From an uncultured delta proteobacterium (GTDB lineage Bacteria > Myxococcota_A > Polyangia > Fen-1088): a DNA stretch of 64,000 bases. The position numbers and the translations under genes are program-made. The stretch is from NCBI GenBank assembly GCA_963758155.1, contig CAVWUP010000032.1, positions 2,478 through 66,477 on the forward strand, written 5' to 3'. Position 1 is the stretch's first letter. Each line of letters opens with the position of its first letter. Shown here piece after piece: positions 46,719-57,044 of the stretch. The notes beneath the pieces were generated by a model. That model was not told the origin of the DNA, searched no databases, and worked only from the letters and a program-made list of their open reading frames with translations.

Positions 46719-48539
46719 CCTTGCGGCCCCGCGTTCGAGAAACGCCCGGCCCGCCCATCACCATGTCTGAACGGCCGCGGCCTGCGTCAACCGAATTCCA
46801 TCGCTCCGCCGCCATCTCAAGCCACGCACCTTTTCGGTCCAGGCGCCGATTACCCCGTGAAGATGCGCGGTGGGTAGCCGCGCCGACACAGCCTGCCTGG
46901 GTGTGACTGCGGGCAGCCAAGCTCGGCCGGCAGATGCGAAACCGTGGCCGAGGGCTGAGCCGGCCTGCCAGGCAACTACCGTTGGGTCCTGGCGCCCAGG
47001 TAGACAGGCGCGGGCTGGCACGATGCGGAAAGAGTTGTTTATGGCTCCGGCCCGCGCCATGAACCGTAGGTACGCTGCGGTTTCAAACAAGCCCTTGATC
47101 CCGGTGTACGGGTTACGGCGCTGTCGCGGGCGGGATCATTTGACGGCATTTTGCTTCACACGCGGAACGACCAGCCTTGGAGGCCCGATCGGGCGTGGCC
47201 CAAACGGGCTGCTATTTTCGGCGGTAACGGGGCCGATGGGAACGATCCCCATGGCCTTGCAGAACTCCGCCTCCGACTCGAGAACGAACGACTGACCATC
47301 GCGCACGAGCTTGAAAGCCAAGGCACGACCGCAGTGCTCGATGCGCAAGTAGGGGAGGCGACCCCGCACCACGTCTGCATAGTCAAGTTCGCGCTGCAGG
47401 GCGAGGTGAATCGAGCGCACGGTCGGAAAATCGTGGAAGAGCTGACCATAGCCGTCCACCCTCCGCATGATGTCCATGAAATGCGAAAGTCTGTAGGAAT
47501 TGAGCCTTTGCATCTCCCTGCCATCCTTGGGCCGGGCCTTGCTTCGCTGCGCTTCACCTTCCTCCTTCGAGCGTCCGGACTCCTCGACGTAGTGGACTAT
47601 GGCGTCCATCAGGTCGTCGAGGTTTCTTCCCTCCACCTCTGGGAGATCGACGCTGAACAACTCCGCAAGCGCTGCCTGGCCCACTGGCCGAAGCCCGACA
47701 TTCTGGCGCTGTAGGTACCATTCTGGGGGATGCGTTTCGACCAAGCATTTCAGACTGGCGACGATGTTAGGGGCGTTTGCCAACACCTCGGCACGCATGG
47801 CCCCCAGGCTGACTGTGGCACTGTTGATGCGCTCGACATTGACAACTACTGTGCGCCGGGCGACCTCTTTGCGATTTGGCAGGTCTTCCAGTGAGTCGGC
47901 CATGTAGACAAAACGATTTTCCATCAGAATCTCGTCTTGCCTCATGCCTCGTGCACTGATGACATCGGTTGCCGCAAGGCGAATCACGTTATTGACAAGC
48001 TCGGGTCGCTTGCCCGCCTCCTTCGCGCGGCAAAACAGCGCATTGGTTGCTTGTGAAAAGCTACGCTTGAGTTCCAGATCGTCGTGACAATTCAGATCGA
48101 ATTTCGTACTGACTCGTCCACTACCTGCTGCACGCCAAATTTCGGCAGCCATTTCGATGATGAAATCCTTGCCTGAGCCGGTTGGTCCGATAAACCAAAA
48201 AACACCAAGAAGGCCAGGGGCAATGTGACGCAGGAATGGGGCCGCCAGTGACATCAGGTAGCAACGTACGTCGGGCTCGCTTGCGAAGGGAAGGCGTCCG
48301 GCTCTGAAAAGCCCCATGAAGTAGCCGACGACATCGAACCTTGGATCTCCGCCCCTTGTCTTGGCCGTTTGGACGGCGGCCACGACCTTGGTCTCGGCGT
48401 CCACCGTCCAGCCTTCGTTGACAAAAGCGACAGGATGCTCGTAGCGCTCGATAATGGGAATTCCCAGCTCGCACAGGCACCCTGGAGCTGATCCGATTTG
48501 GTGGACACCTGACATGCGTTCATGCGCATAGGAGTCCAC

Positions 48540-48872
48540 ATGGCAAAGAAGCGAAGGAAGTTCACCCGAGAGTCCAAGTCGGCAGCGAAACGGAGGACGT
48601 TCAGCCGCGAGTTCAAGGCTGAGGCCGTCAAGCTGGCGAAGGACACGGGAAAGGGCGTAGCGGCAGTGGCCAAGGATCTTGGACTATCCGAGTCATCCCT
48701 GTACCTTTGGGCCAAGCAACACGAGATCGACGCAGGCCAAGGCCCCGCAGGGGCTCTCACCACGGCAGAGAAGCAAGAGCTGACCCAGCTGCGGCGGGAG
48801 AACCGCGAGCTGCGGATGGAGCGTGAGTTCCTAAAAAAAGCAGCGGCCTTCTTCGCGAGCCAAAAGAAATGA
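48540..48872 (+). CDS. IS3 transposase OrfA, 110 aa
   Basis: RRTFSREFKAEAVKL...VAKDLGLSESSLYLW...EREFLKKAAAFFA; A7G slippery site at 48833-48840. Confidence 0.93.
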   Translation: MAKKRRKFTRESKSAAKRRTFSREFKAEAVKLAKDTGKGVAAVAKDLGLSESSLYLWAKQHEIDAGQGPAGALTTAEKQELTQLRRENRELRMEREFLKKAAAFFASQKK

Positions 48873-49741
48873 GATTCGGCTTCATGCTCGAGGAGAAGGC
48901 CTTTCCAGTTCGATGGATGTGCAAACGTCTGGAGGTTTCGTGCAGCGGTTTCTACGCATGGCGGGCTCGTCCCGAAAGCGAACACGCGCGACGGGACCGG
49001 GTGCTCGGCGTGCGCATAGCGGCCGTGCATAGCGAGAATCGCGGCGTGTACGGCAGCCCGCGCATTTACGACGAGTTGCAGGCAGACGGAGAAGCGGTCA
49101 GCAAGAAACGCGTGGCGCGACTCATGCGCGAGAAGGGGCTGACCGGCAAGGCGCCTCGTCGTTTCAAGCGCACGACCGACTCTTCGCACGGCTTGCCGGT
49201 TGCCGAGAACATCCTGGCCAGGAACTTCGCAGTCGACAGGCCTAACGAGGTCTGGGTGGGAGACATCACCTACGTGCGCACATGGGAAGGCTGGCTGTAC
49301 GCAGCGGTGGTGCTGGATCTGTACTCACGACGAGTCGTCGGATGGGCCGTGGCCGATCACATGAGGACGGAACTGGCACTCGACGCCTTGAAGATGGCGA
49401 TCGACCTGCGAAATCCGGGGCCCGGCCTGATCCATCACTCAGACCGCGGCAGCCAATACGCCAGCCTCGAATACCGTGCCGAGCTTGATCGCCACGGCAT
49501 CGTCTGCAGCATGAGCCGCAAGGGCGATTGCTGGGACAACGCCGTAGCCGAAAGCTTCTTCGCGACCCTGAAGGGCGAGTTGATCGAACGTGAGTGTTGG
49601 CCAACCAAGGCGCGGGCCAGGGCTGCGATCGTCGAGTACATCGCCTGCTTCTACAATTCGAAGCGAAGCCACTCGGTGCTGGGCTACACGAGTCCGATGG
49701 AGTATGAGATGTCTGTTCGTCGATGGTCGGCGGCAGCGTAA
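48869..49741 (+). CDS. IS3 transposase OrfB (DDE), 290 aa
   Basis: YGSPRI, PNEVWVGDITYV, LDLYSRRVVGW, HHSDRGSQY, CWDNAVAESFFATLK. Confidence 0.95.
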   Translation: MRFGFMLEEKAFPVRWMCKRLEVSCSGFYAWRARPESEHARRDRVLGVRIAAVHSENRGVYGSPRIYDELQADGEAVSKKRVARLMREKGLTGKAPRRFKRTTDSSHGLPVAENILARNFAVDRPNEVWVGDITYVRTWEGWLYAAVVLDLYSRRVVGWAVADHMRTELALDALKMAIDLRNPGPGLIHHSDRGSQYASLEYRAELDRHGIVCSMSRKGDCWDNAVAESFFATLKGELIERECWPTKARARAAIVEYIACFYNSKRSHSVLGYTSPMEYEMSVRRWSAAA

Positions 49742-51374
49742 ACAACCTGTCCACCAAATCGGATCACGCCCACCCCGCGTGACCAGCCAACGCCTTGTTG
49801 AACAGGGAGAAAACGTGGGGATGGAGGCTTTCGACCGGAGCGGTGATGCCGACGAGGGTGTAGGCTGCGCTCGAGGTGAGTTCGTGATAGTGGGCATTCG
49901 GGGAAAGAGACGCGCCCCTCACTCGCAAGGCGATGGTTCCCTCGGTGGTGACCAGACGCAAACTCCTGGTCTGCTTGTCGTACATGAGACAAAACGCGCC
50001 GGCACCATCAATTCCGTCCAGGCGCGTACGGTAGACGGCCAGGAAGTCAGTCACGGTTGGTGGTGTGCGCACTGGCGCCCCCGTGGCCGCTGCCGCCTGC
50101 ATCCATCCCTCGACCTCGTAGGAGGCCCGGGCGTGCTGCCAGAGCTCGATGGCTGCGTCAACCAAGACGTCGGCCTGCGGCTCCCCGGCGAACACCTGGT
50201 GGAATTGCTGGCCCAGATACTCGATGGTCGCCCAGGTCACGGGGAGATCGGCTACCGGATCGAATCGTAGATCGGGCATGGTCTTGGCCGTGAACAGTTC
50301 GTACATCTCAACCTCGGTCCGTGTCTTGCTGCCGCGGTCATGTGCACCAATGCAAGTGGCAGAAATTGCTCCGCCCACCTTCCTGGTGATTGTGCACGAA
50401 CAGTTGCTGTGTGGCCCCTCCGGGCAGCGCGGGTACGTCAACTGTCCCGGTTCGCCCGGAGCCGCAATGCCCAGGCTTGCCAGGTGGTCTTCGACAACCT
50501 TTCGATCTGCCGATGAAAGAGGGCCGCTTGGTGCAATCGTCTTCCTGAAGGCGGGAGTCAGTTCTGAGAGAAATTCCTCTGTTTTGAGCCGATTCGAGTG
50601 CACCTGGATGGCCGGGAAGTCCACGACAACCCCCTGCCCACGCACGGTCTCGATGCATGTCGGGAGGTGCTGGTCCTGGGTGGACAGCCACGAGGCCGAA
50701 TCGGAGCCCTTGATGTTCACCACGAACTTCTTTCCGACCATCTCGAAAACTTGGCTGTTGATCGGCTTCTCGAAGACAAAGACTGCACGATGCCCGTGTG
50801 TGGTCTGGTAGATGACATTGGGCTGCGGCAGACCGGCAGCTTCAAAGACTTGCAACAGGTCTGGGTAGGACCGGTCGATGTCGACGATGATGCCGGAGTG
50901 CTGAACCGTCAGCTCGTTGCCGGTAGCATTGCTGTCCTGGAGCCGCACTTTGACATCGCAGAGACCGGCGGCCTTGGTCTGTTGGCCGGCCTCATTCAGC
51001 AGCGCCGCCAAGTTTTGCGATGCCACATTGATCACGAAAGGGGTGCCGTTCCACGGGTTTGACAATGCCACGGGGATCGGGTCAGTGTCGGGCTGCTCGT
51101 CAATAGCGCTGGCGTGGGCAAACTTGACAGCGAGGTTGTTGCGGATGTTCTCGAGGCGTGAGGTGTCGTTGGCGGGGAGTCTTTGCAAGTCGGTGATGGT
51201 CTGATCGGTTTTCATGGCGGTGATTCCTTTCGAATTGCCGCCAAGGTAAATGTCCAAAAACAGAGTGAGTTGGCAATCGCTCTGGTACGGAGTTTCGCTC
51301 CGTATTTTCTTCGGCCGCCCTGGTTTCCCTGGCCCCCCCCCTCGTGGCCGGTGACAAGACTCATCCGATCTCAT

Positions 51375-51409
51375 CCGTGGTTTCGCGGAGATGTGGACGC
51401 GAGTGTTGG
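51375..51409 (+). repeat. 35-bp dispersed repeat, copy B
   Basis: CCGTGGTTTCGCGGAGATGTGGACGCGAGTGTTGG; 32/35 identical to 21884-21918. Confidence 0.85.
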
Positions 51410-51454
51410 AGAGGTTGCGTGCCTTGCGGTCCGGCAGCGTGGCGCCGGTCGCCG

Positions 51455-51853
51455 TTAGTTCGCGGTCGAGGATTGGGGCGATCCGCTGCCAGGCGGCGCC
51501 GGATCGCGCTCATTGTCAGGAGCGTCGAAATCGATGGGCACCGCTTCCATCATACCGTTGGCCCACTCGGTTTCATGCCAGTTGTGAACCGCGGCCTCGT
51601 CGTTGCCGCACACCCGGCAGAACGCCTGGATCTCGTCCCGCTCACTCTTCGCCACCCACATCAGGCCCGTGCAGGGTTTGCCGCCGGGTCGCTTCCGGCA
51701 CTCCATTAGCGTCTCCCGGCACTCCAGTTTCTTGAGCGGTCCCCCGTACTCGATGAAACGCGCGATTCGGAGCATCTGCCGCCGCAGGCGGAGGTTGTCT
51801 GTGGGAATGTCCCCATTCGCGTTCAGCCAGTGCCAGGGATCAACGACGAGCAT
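51455..51853 (-). CDS. Cys-rich (Zn-binding) hypothetical protein A, 132 aa
   Basis: CRKRPGGKPC...CRVC; 109/132 identical to the product of 62989-63387. Confidence 0.85.
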   Translation of the reverse strand: MLVVDPWHWLNANGDIPTDNLRLRRQMLRIARFIEYGGPLKKLECRETLMECRKRPGGKPCTGLMWVAKSERDEIQAFCRVCGNDEAAVHNWHETEWANGMMEAVPIDFDAPDNERDPAPPGSGSPQSSTAN

Positions 51854-52430
51854 GGAAGTCGTCTATCATGCCGATGGCACAGCGAGCGATGGGTAAGTCC
51901 TGGTCGCCGACGCCCGGAGCAGGCGCGTGAGTTGCGCCCCGTGGATCCTCCACCGGAAAGCCGATCCAGTGGCCAAGGGATCGACCCCTGCCCGGGGCGA
52001 CAGGCATGAGAAACCGAAGATTTGTGGCGGGATGGCATCCACGGAAATCAATCCCGTGGGAACGCCCCTGAGTTTGGCACGATCATGATGGGAGGGGAGG
52101 GCGGAATGAAGACCTCGTTGCCCTACCAGCCGCGCACCCCAATCCGCCATGACACATTCGGACCTGCCTCAACGCCCGGAAGGGACCAGCCTGGTGGCAC
52201 TATTGCCGGGTATGTTGGCCGAGACAAGAATTGTGAAGGGGCCACCCACAGCGCACCTCTTCTGGCTGGCTAGGCGCCGATAACATCACTGCCATGATTC
52301 GACGCCGGATGCCAAGGACGGCGCCCTGCACGTATCCTGGTGCTGCGAACCAGGGTGGCGATGATCGATGGGCTGGCGGCGCGTGTGGTGCGATAGAGGC
52401 CCCACAAAGCCCGGTCCGCGAACGGTGTGT

Positions 52431-55394
52431 TCAGTGAACGCCCAGCGATCTTGCAAGCGCACAAAGCGCCTCGACAAGAACCTTCTGATGCTCCAAGAGC
52501 GATGTCACGGGAATGCTGAGGCGCTTCCCCTGCTTCCCCTCACCGAACTCCGTTGCCCCTGGGATTCCGCGCAGCGTCCTCCGCAATGAATCCCGCGCAA
52601 CGCGACCCTCTTCGGTGGACTCCCATACCTTCGTGTAGACGGAGTCGACAAAGGCAGCGTCACCCCCACGCACTCGCAGTGGCATGACATTCCCGATGAT
52701 TGTACCGTCCAGTCGAATCGTGGGTCTTCCGGAGGGATCGTGATGTCGCCGGATGCCAGGGATTCCTGCTACCTCAATTACGCGCAGCACCTGGCGGCAG
52801 GCATCTATGGCAGCGGCACCATAGTCCTTCCACTTCTCCGCGAAGAATTCGTCCTCCGTTCTCGTCGGCCGATCTGAACGCGGCTTCTTCTCCCCATTCC
52901 TGACGGCGAGCCCTTCGTGGATTGCATCCTCGTGCTGTCCGGCCCAACGCGCCAGTTCCTCCAGCCTCTCCATCGCCCGGGAATCGGCCGCTCCATGCCC
53001 GTGCAGCACGACGTCCGATTCTGGGAGGTCGGTCAGCCCCAATTTCTCCCGCACCTCTTGCCGGTGCTCTTGTGCGAGCCGCCCTGCGCCTACCAGCACC
53101 ACCGAGGTCTTGGTGGCCTCCAACCAGAGGATCTTTCTCTTGGTAAGACGGATCTTCGTCGAGCCACCGTCAGAATGATCGCGCCTCTTCACGGCGCCCT
53201 CTTCCTTTGCAATACCGGCCACGCTCATCAGCACGTCCGCGACATCGTTCGGCAGCTGAAGTCTCCGCACGAGCACGGCAAGCTTCGGTTCGCTGCACCT
53301 CGGATCCTCGGGTTCTATGCGATGCGGTTCCTTCCGAGCGTCCACTGTCCGCAGCGACGCGACGCCCATTTGCTTGCACGCCTCCCGGTCAAGTTCCGCG
53401 ATCCACTCCTTGAACCCGCGGAAAATCTGAGCCCGGCGCAACCTGCACATCAATTCGAACTTCGACTTGAGGCCTGCCTCGCCCATCGCAGACGGGGACT
53501 TTCTGTACGTAGCAGAAAGGATCTCCTGATAGGCGTCGAACCCGCAGTCCTCGCCGCGCACCGGATCCTCGAAGAAGTGGGCCTGCAAGTTTTCTCCCAG
53601 CCCCTTCGACTCAAGAGCAAGATCCACCATGCGGTCGCCGAGGCCTCCGTCAAAGTGGTTGAGCCTTCGGGAGATGTAGGTCAGGTTGCCGATGTTGTTG
53701 AAGTAGTGGCTTTCCGAACGACGGGCGGTTTCGTCCAGTTCCTCCTTGAGTATGGAAAACGGCACCATGTGCTGCTTCTCGGCGATCTCGTCCCCACCAC
53801 CGTTTCGACCGACCGGCAGTTCCTGCCCCTTCCGATGAGCCAGCTTCGGTCCCATCTGCTCGTCGTATTTGAAGTCCCGCGCACCGCGCATACGCTCGAG
53901 CCAGTACAGCAGTAGGACGTAGCGGTCCTGGATCGAATTCGCCTCATCAAGCGCAGGGGCTAGAGCGTCCTCCAGCTCGCGGTCTGCGTCCGCGAGGAAC
54001 CCCGGGATGACGTCGAAGGCATACAGCTTCGGCTTGCGCATTCGGTCCACCATTTCTGAAACGGACCGGCCCGTCTGGTCGGCCAGCAGCAGCCGAAGAG
54101 ACAACGCTGCGAGCAAAGTCTTGTACGGAGGGTCGCGCAGGCGTCGAAACTGGATGAGCAATTGGAATACGGGCTCGAGACCACGGATCTCCGGAAGAAA
54201 GCGCAAGTCGTCGCACTTCAGCGGCTCAAGCAGGATGTTCCTGACAGAAGTGACCACGTCCTTCGTCTCCGCCCACAGCCACTGGAACGTCTTCTGCTCG
54301 ATCTTCCCAAGCCTCTTGAGCAGGCCCTCCTTGCGCGCGATATCGAAGGAGAATGCGTTCTTCCCGAGCGAGTAGTCGAAATGGTAGTGGCACACCTGAA
54401 GAAAGATGCGGATGAACAGCTTGAAACCAAACTGGCGCTCCCGTTTTCGTTCCAAGGCCCGATCCCGCTGAAGATCCTCGGATGTCCCATCGCCGCCCTT
54501 GGCTTCTCGCGGCGCATGCACGGCCTTGAACAGATCCGTCACCTCGATCCACGATTCCGGGTAGAAAGAGACCAACTTCGCGTAGGCGCGCTCCTCGATC
54601 TCGACTCTCTTGCCGCCGGCGTTGATACGGTTGTAGACGTCAATCATCGCGGCCGGCTGGCCGTTCGTGAGAGCCACGAAGAACTTCCGATCTTTCATCT
54701 CCTCAAGATTCGTTTGCAGTCCATGGTACGCCTTGGAGCAGGCGTCCTTGGATGTTCCCGTGCCGTCTCCTGACAGCTGGACCAAATCTCGGTACTCCTT
54801 CGGCACATCATTCCACGTGGGCCACTCTTTCAGCCTCTTCAGCGGGAGGAGATTGAACCGATAGGACGATTTCCTGTACGCCTTCGTCGGGTCTACCGCG
54901 TTTACGAACAGCGCGTATTCCCGCCTGCTATCCTTGTTCTGCAAGAGGGACTGGAACCTCGGTTCCCTCGCCAGATTGATGCACCAGACGCGGCGCCGTG
55001 GTTCTTCGGCGTCCGTTCTCTCGCTGGTGTCATCTTCTGCCTCGTCATCGGAATCGAGCTCTGCGTCGTTGTAGACTGCTCTGATGCTGCGGATGCGTTG
55101 CTGACCGTCGACGACGAGATATTCCACACCGTTGTTCTCTTGGTCGACGCCCTCGTCCAACGGCACGCCGTGCTCGGCTGGATCGGTGGGCTTCCAGAAC
55201 ACGAAGCTGCCGCAGGGCGTGTTGTAGAACAGCGACTCCATCAACGCAGACATCGCCCCACTGCCCCATACGAGGCCGCGCTGAAAGTGGGGAATCCCAA
55301 GACGGAGCCGATCGAGGATCTGCCGCACCGTGATCGTGCTTCCCTCGCACCAAAGTGCTGCGCAGTTCTCCTGAACCAGGGCAGATCCCATCAT
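52431..55394 (-). CDS. GmrSD-like (DUF262 + HNH/DUF1524-like) modification-dependent nuclease with C-terminal extension, about 987 aa
   Basis: Start after GGAGGAGG; IPHFQRGLVW, LVVDGQQRI, YNRINAGG (DUF262); EKQHMVPF...NNIGNLTYISRRLN (HNH). Confidence 0.87.
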   Translation of the reverse strand: MMGSALVQENCAALWCEGSTITVRQILDRLRLGIPHFQRGLVWGSGAMSALMESLFYNTPCGSFVFWKPTDPAEHGVPLDEGVDQENNGVEYLVVDGQQRIRSIRAVYNDAELDSDDEAEDDTSERTDAEEPRRRVWCINLAREPRFQSLLQNKDSRREYALFVNAVDPTKAYRKSSYRFNLLPLKRLKEWPTWNDVPKEYRDLVQLSGDGTGTSKDACSKAYHGLQTNLEEMKDRKFFVALTNGQPAAMIDVYNRINAGGKRVEIEERAYAKLVSFYPESWIEVTDLFKAVHAPREAKGGDGTSEDLQRDRALERKRERQFGFKLFIRIFLQVCHYHFDYSLGKNAFSFDIARKEGLLKRLGKIEQKTFQWLWAETKDVVTSVRNILLEPLKCDDLRFLPEIRGLEPVFQLLIQFRRLRDPPYKTLLAALSLRLLLADQTGRSVSEMVDRMRKPKLYAFDVIPGFLADADRELEDALAPALDEANSIQDRYVLLLYWLERMRGARDFKYDEQMGPKLAHRKGQELPVGRNGGGDEIAEKQHMVPFSILKEELDETARRSESHYFNNIGNLTYISRRLNHFDGGLGDRMVDLALESKGLGENLQAHFFEDPVRGEDCGFDAYQEILSATYRKSPSAMGEAGLKSKFELMCRLRRAQIFRGFKEWIAELDREACKQMGVASLRTVDARKEPHRIEPEDPRCSEPKLAVLVRRLQLPNDVADVLMSVAGIAKEEGAVKRRDHSDGGSTKIRLTKRKILWLEATKTSVVLVGAGRLAQEHRQEVREKLGLTDLPESDVVLHGHGAADSRAMERLEELARWAGQHEDAIHEGLAVRNGEKKPRSDRPTRTEDEFFAEKWKDYGAAAIDACRQVLRVIEVAGIPGIRRHHDPSGRPTIRLDGTIIGNVMPLRVRGGDAAFVDSVYTKVWESTEEGRVARDSLRRTLRGIPGATEFGEGKQGKRLSIPVTSLLEHQKVLVEALCALARSLGVH

Positions 55395-55551
55395 CTTCCT
55401 CCTCCCGAGAGAGACTATCAGAGGAAGTAGCGGTGCGCAGCTCGATGGCGGCTCACCTGGCCAGATCCCGCCACGCCGAGCTTCACAACCAGATCGCGCA
55501 GCCCTCGCCAGAAACCACGTCAGTCTCACCGGCTACGCTCCTCGCAATCCC

Positions 55552-55902
55552 TTGCCCCCTCCCACACTCGCCAAACTGCGCACACGATTTTGGTGGCTGG
55601 GGTCCGGCAGGAAGAACTCGCACATCTTGGCGCTCGACGGGGACACGGCGACCATCAAAGTCATCCAGCGCACGTGGAGCTGCCGCACGCAGAAGTACGA
55701 GGCTGCGGTGGCACGCGACTTCGGGGAACTGGGATTGAAGGTCGTCTGGCACCGGTGCTGGTGCCGGGCGTTTGAGGAGACGATCGGCAAGGCCCGCAGG
55801 CAGGCGGCTGAAGCTGGCCAGCCGTTCGACGAAACTGCGTTCATCGAACGCCAGCGCACCGAGGAGACCGCGCGCCAGATGCGCGACGACGCCCGCGATT
55901 GA
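55552..55902 (+). CDS. Hypothetical protein B (paralogue of 62519-62851), 5' start possibly lost
   Basis: LRTRFWWLG...LDGDTATIKVIQ..W..RTQKYE.AVARDF..LG.KVVW shared with the paralogue; only a TTG start, and the paralogue's ATG position reads CCC. Confidence 0.7.
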   Translation: MPPPTLAKLRTRFWWLGSGRKNSHILALDGDTATIKVIQRTWSCRTQKYEAAVARDFGELGLKVVWHRCWCRAFEETIGKARRQAAEAGQPFDETAFIERQRTEETARQMRDDARD

Positions 55903-55928
55903 CCCGCCACCCGACAACGCCTACCGTA

Positions 55929-57044
55929 ATGATTGTGCCAAACTCGAAAGCGCAGAAGGGGAAGGCATCGAGGGCTGCCGCAGGCAGGCCGGCTACATCG
56001 CGCGCCGATGTGGCTGACGAGCGGATCTTGCAGTTGCTGCTCTTGCTGCTGGACGCGGGCGTCCCCATGTCGCGCGCCGAGATCTTCGAGCGCATCAGGG
56101 CCTACCAGACCAAGCAACCTGAGGCTGGCGAACGGAAGTTCGAGCGCGACAAGGACGACCTGCGCACGCTCGGGGTGATCATCGAGGAGCCGAACGACAA
56201 AGGGGACAGCTATCGGATCAGCCAAAAGGGCTACGAGTTGCCGCCCATCGAACTGGACGACGACGAGCGCGTCGCCCTGATCCTGGCGGCCGAGTCCCTG
56301 CGCGCGGCCGAGGGCCTGCCGTATCGCGAATTGGCCGAGGACGCGCTTCGCAAGCTGTCGTTCTATGCGCCACGGCTCAACCGCGCGTACGCGCCCGCGC
56401 AGGTCGGCATCTCCCTGCCCTCGCGCAAGAAAGGCGCGCGCATGCGGCGCACGCTGGCCAAGCTTTCCGGCGCCGTCGACGGCCGCAAGCAAGTCACCAT
56501 CACGTATGCCGCTGGCAACGCCGACAAGCCGAGCGAACGCAAGGTCGATCCCTACGGTCTCATCTATTCGGCGGGCGACTGGCAACTGGTCGGCCTGTGC
56601 CACCTGAGAAACGCGCAGCGCACGTTCCGGGTGGACCGCATCGTGAAACTGAAAGTCGCGCCGAAGCCCGGCACGCACGATTTCGAACTACCGGCCGGCT
56701 TCGACCTTGCCGCGTACGCAAGCCGCTCGCCATGGGTGTTCCAGGCCGGCGAAGGCAGCGCAACCCTGGACGTCGTGCTGGATGTCGGCCCCGAGCGCGC
56801 ATGGATGGCCGAGGATAATTTCGGCGCCGACGCTTCGGTGCAGCCGGTTCCCGAGGCTGAGGCAGGCCAGGCCGGCTGGGTGCGCGTGTGCTTCCGCTCG
56901 GGCAATCCGGGCTACATCGTGACCCGCGTGCTAGATGCCGCCGGCAACATGAAGGTCGTCGCGCCGCCCGAGTTGCGCGCGCGAGTGCGACAGATCGCGG
57001 GCGCCGTCGCCACTGCGTGCCGGGCCGAAGGGGGCGCACCATGA
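55929..57044 (+). CDS. WYL-domain HTH regulator, PafB-like
   Basis: ERILQLLLLL...ERKFERDKDDLRTLGV (HTH); RKVDPYGLIYSAGDWQLVG...RTFRVDRI (WYL). Start may be ATG 55929 or GTG 56010. Confidence 0.9.
   Translation: MIVPNSKAQKGKASRAAAGRPATSRADVADERILQLLLLLLDAGVPMSRAEIFERIRAYQTKQPEAGERKFERDKDDLRTLGVIIEEPNDKGDSYRISQKGYELPPIELDDDERVALILAAESLRAAEGLPYRELAEDALRKLSFYAPRLNRAYAPAQVGISLPSRKKGARMRRTLAKLSGAVDGRKQVTITYAAGNADKPSERKVDPYGLIYSAGDWQLVGLCHLRNAQRTFRVDRIVKLKVAPKPGTHDFELPAGFDLAAYASRSPWVFQAGEGSATLDVVLDVGPERAWMAEDNFGADASVQPVPEAEAGQAGWVRVCFRSGNPGYIVTRVLDAAGNMKVVAPPELRARVRQIAGAVATACRAEGGAP

Larger units (their letters stand above)
48483..49772 (+). mobile_element. IS3-family insertion sequence, 1290 bp, 3-bp target duplication CCC
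   Basis: TG...CA ends; IRs TGGAGC-TGATCCGATTTGGTGGACA / TGGGCG-TGATCCGATTTGGTGGACA (inner 19 bp perfect); CCC at 48480-48482 and 49773-49775. Confidence 0.93.
47136..51215 (-). pseudogene. Primase-polymerase/helicase-like replication protein interrupted by IS3 (reconstructed length 928 aa)
   Basis: Start MKTDQT at 51215; IIVDID and YQTTHGHRAVF (AEP-like motifs), CPEGPH..C..C..H Zn-like region, FIGPTGSGKD Walker A; removing the IS plus one CCC joins LAGHAG to CLCELGIP in frame. Confidence 0.8.

Noticed and set aside
46720-47130. Structured ncRNA or origin downstream of the primase-helicase
   Set aside because: Only short GC-rich hairpins; nothing above background.
48540-48620. Duplicated KRRKFTRE/KRRTFSRE start of IS3 OrfA
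   Set aside because: Small local duplication with no evident consequence.
51410-51470. Integron attC site after gene A
   Set aside because: GTTAGTT/AACTAAC does not fit RYYYAAC...GTTRRRY and no matching inverse core or cassette series was found.
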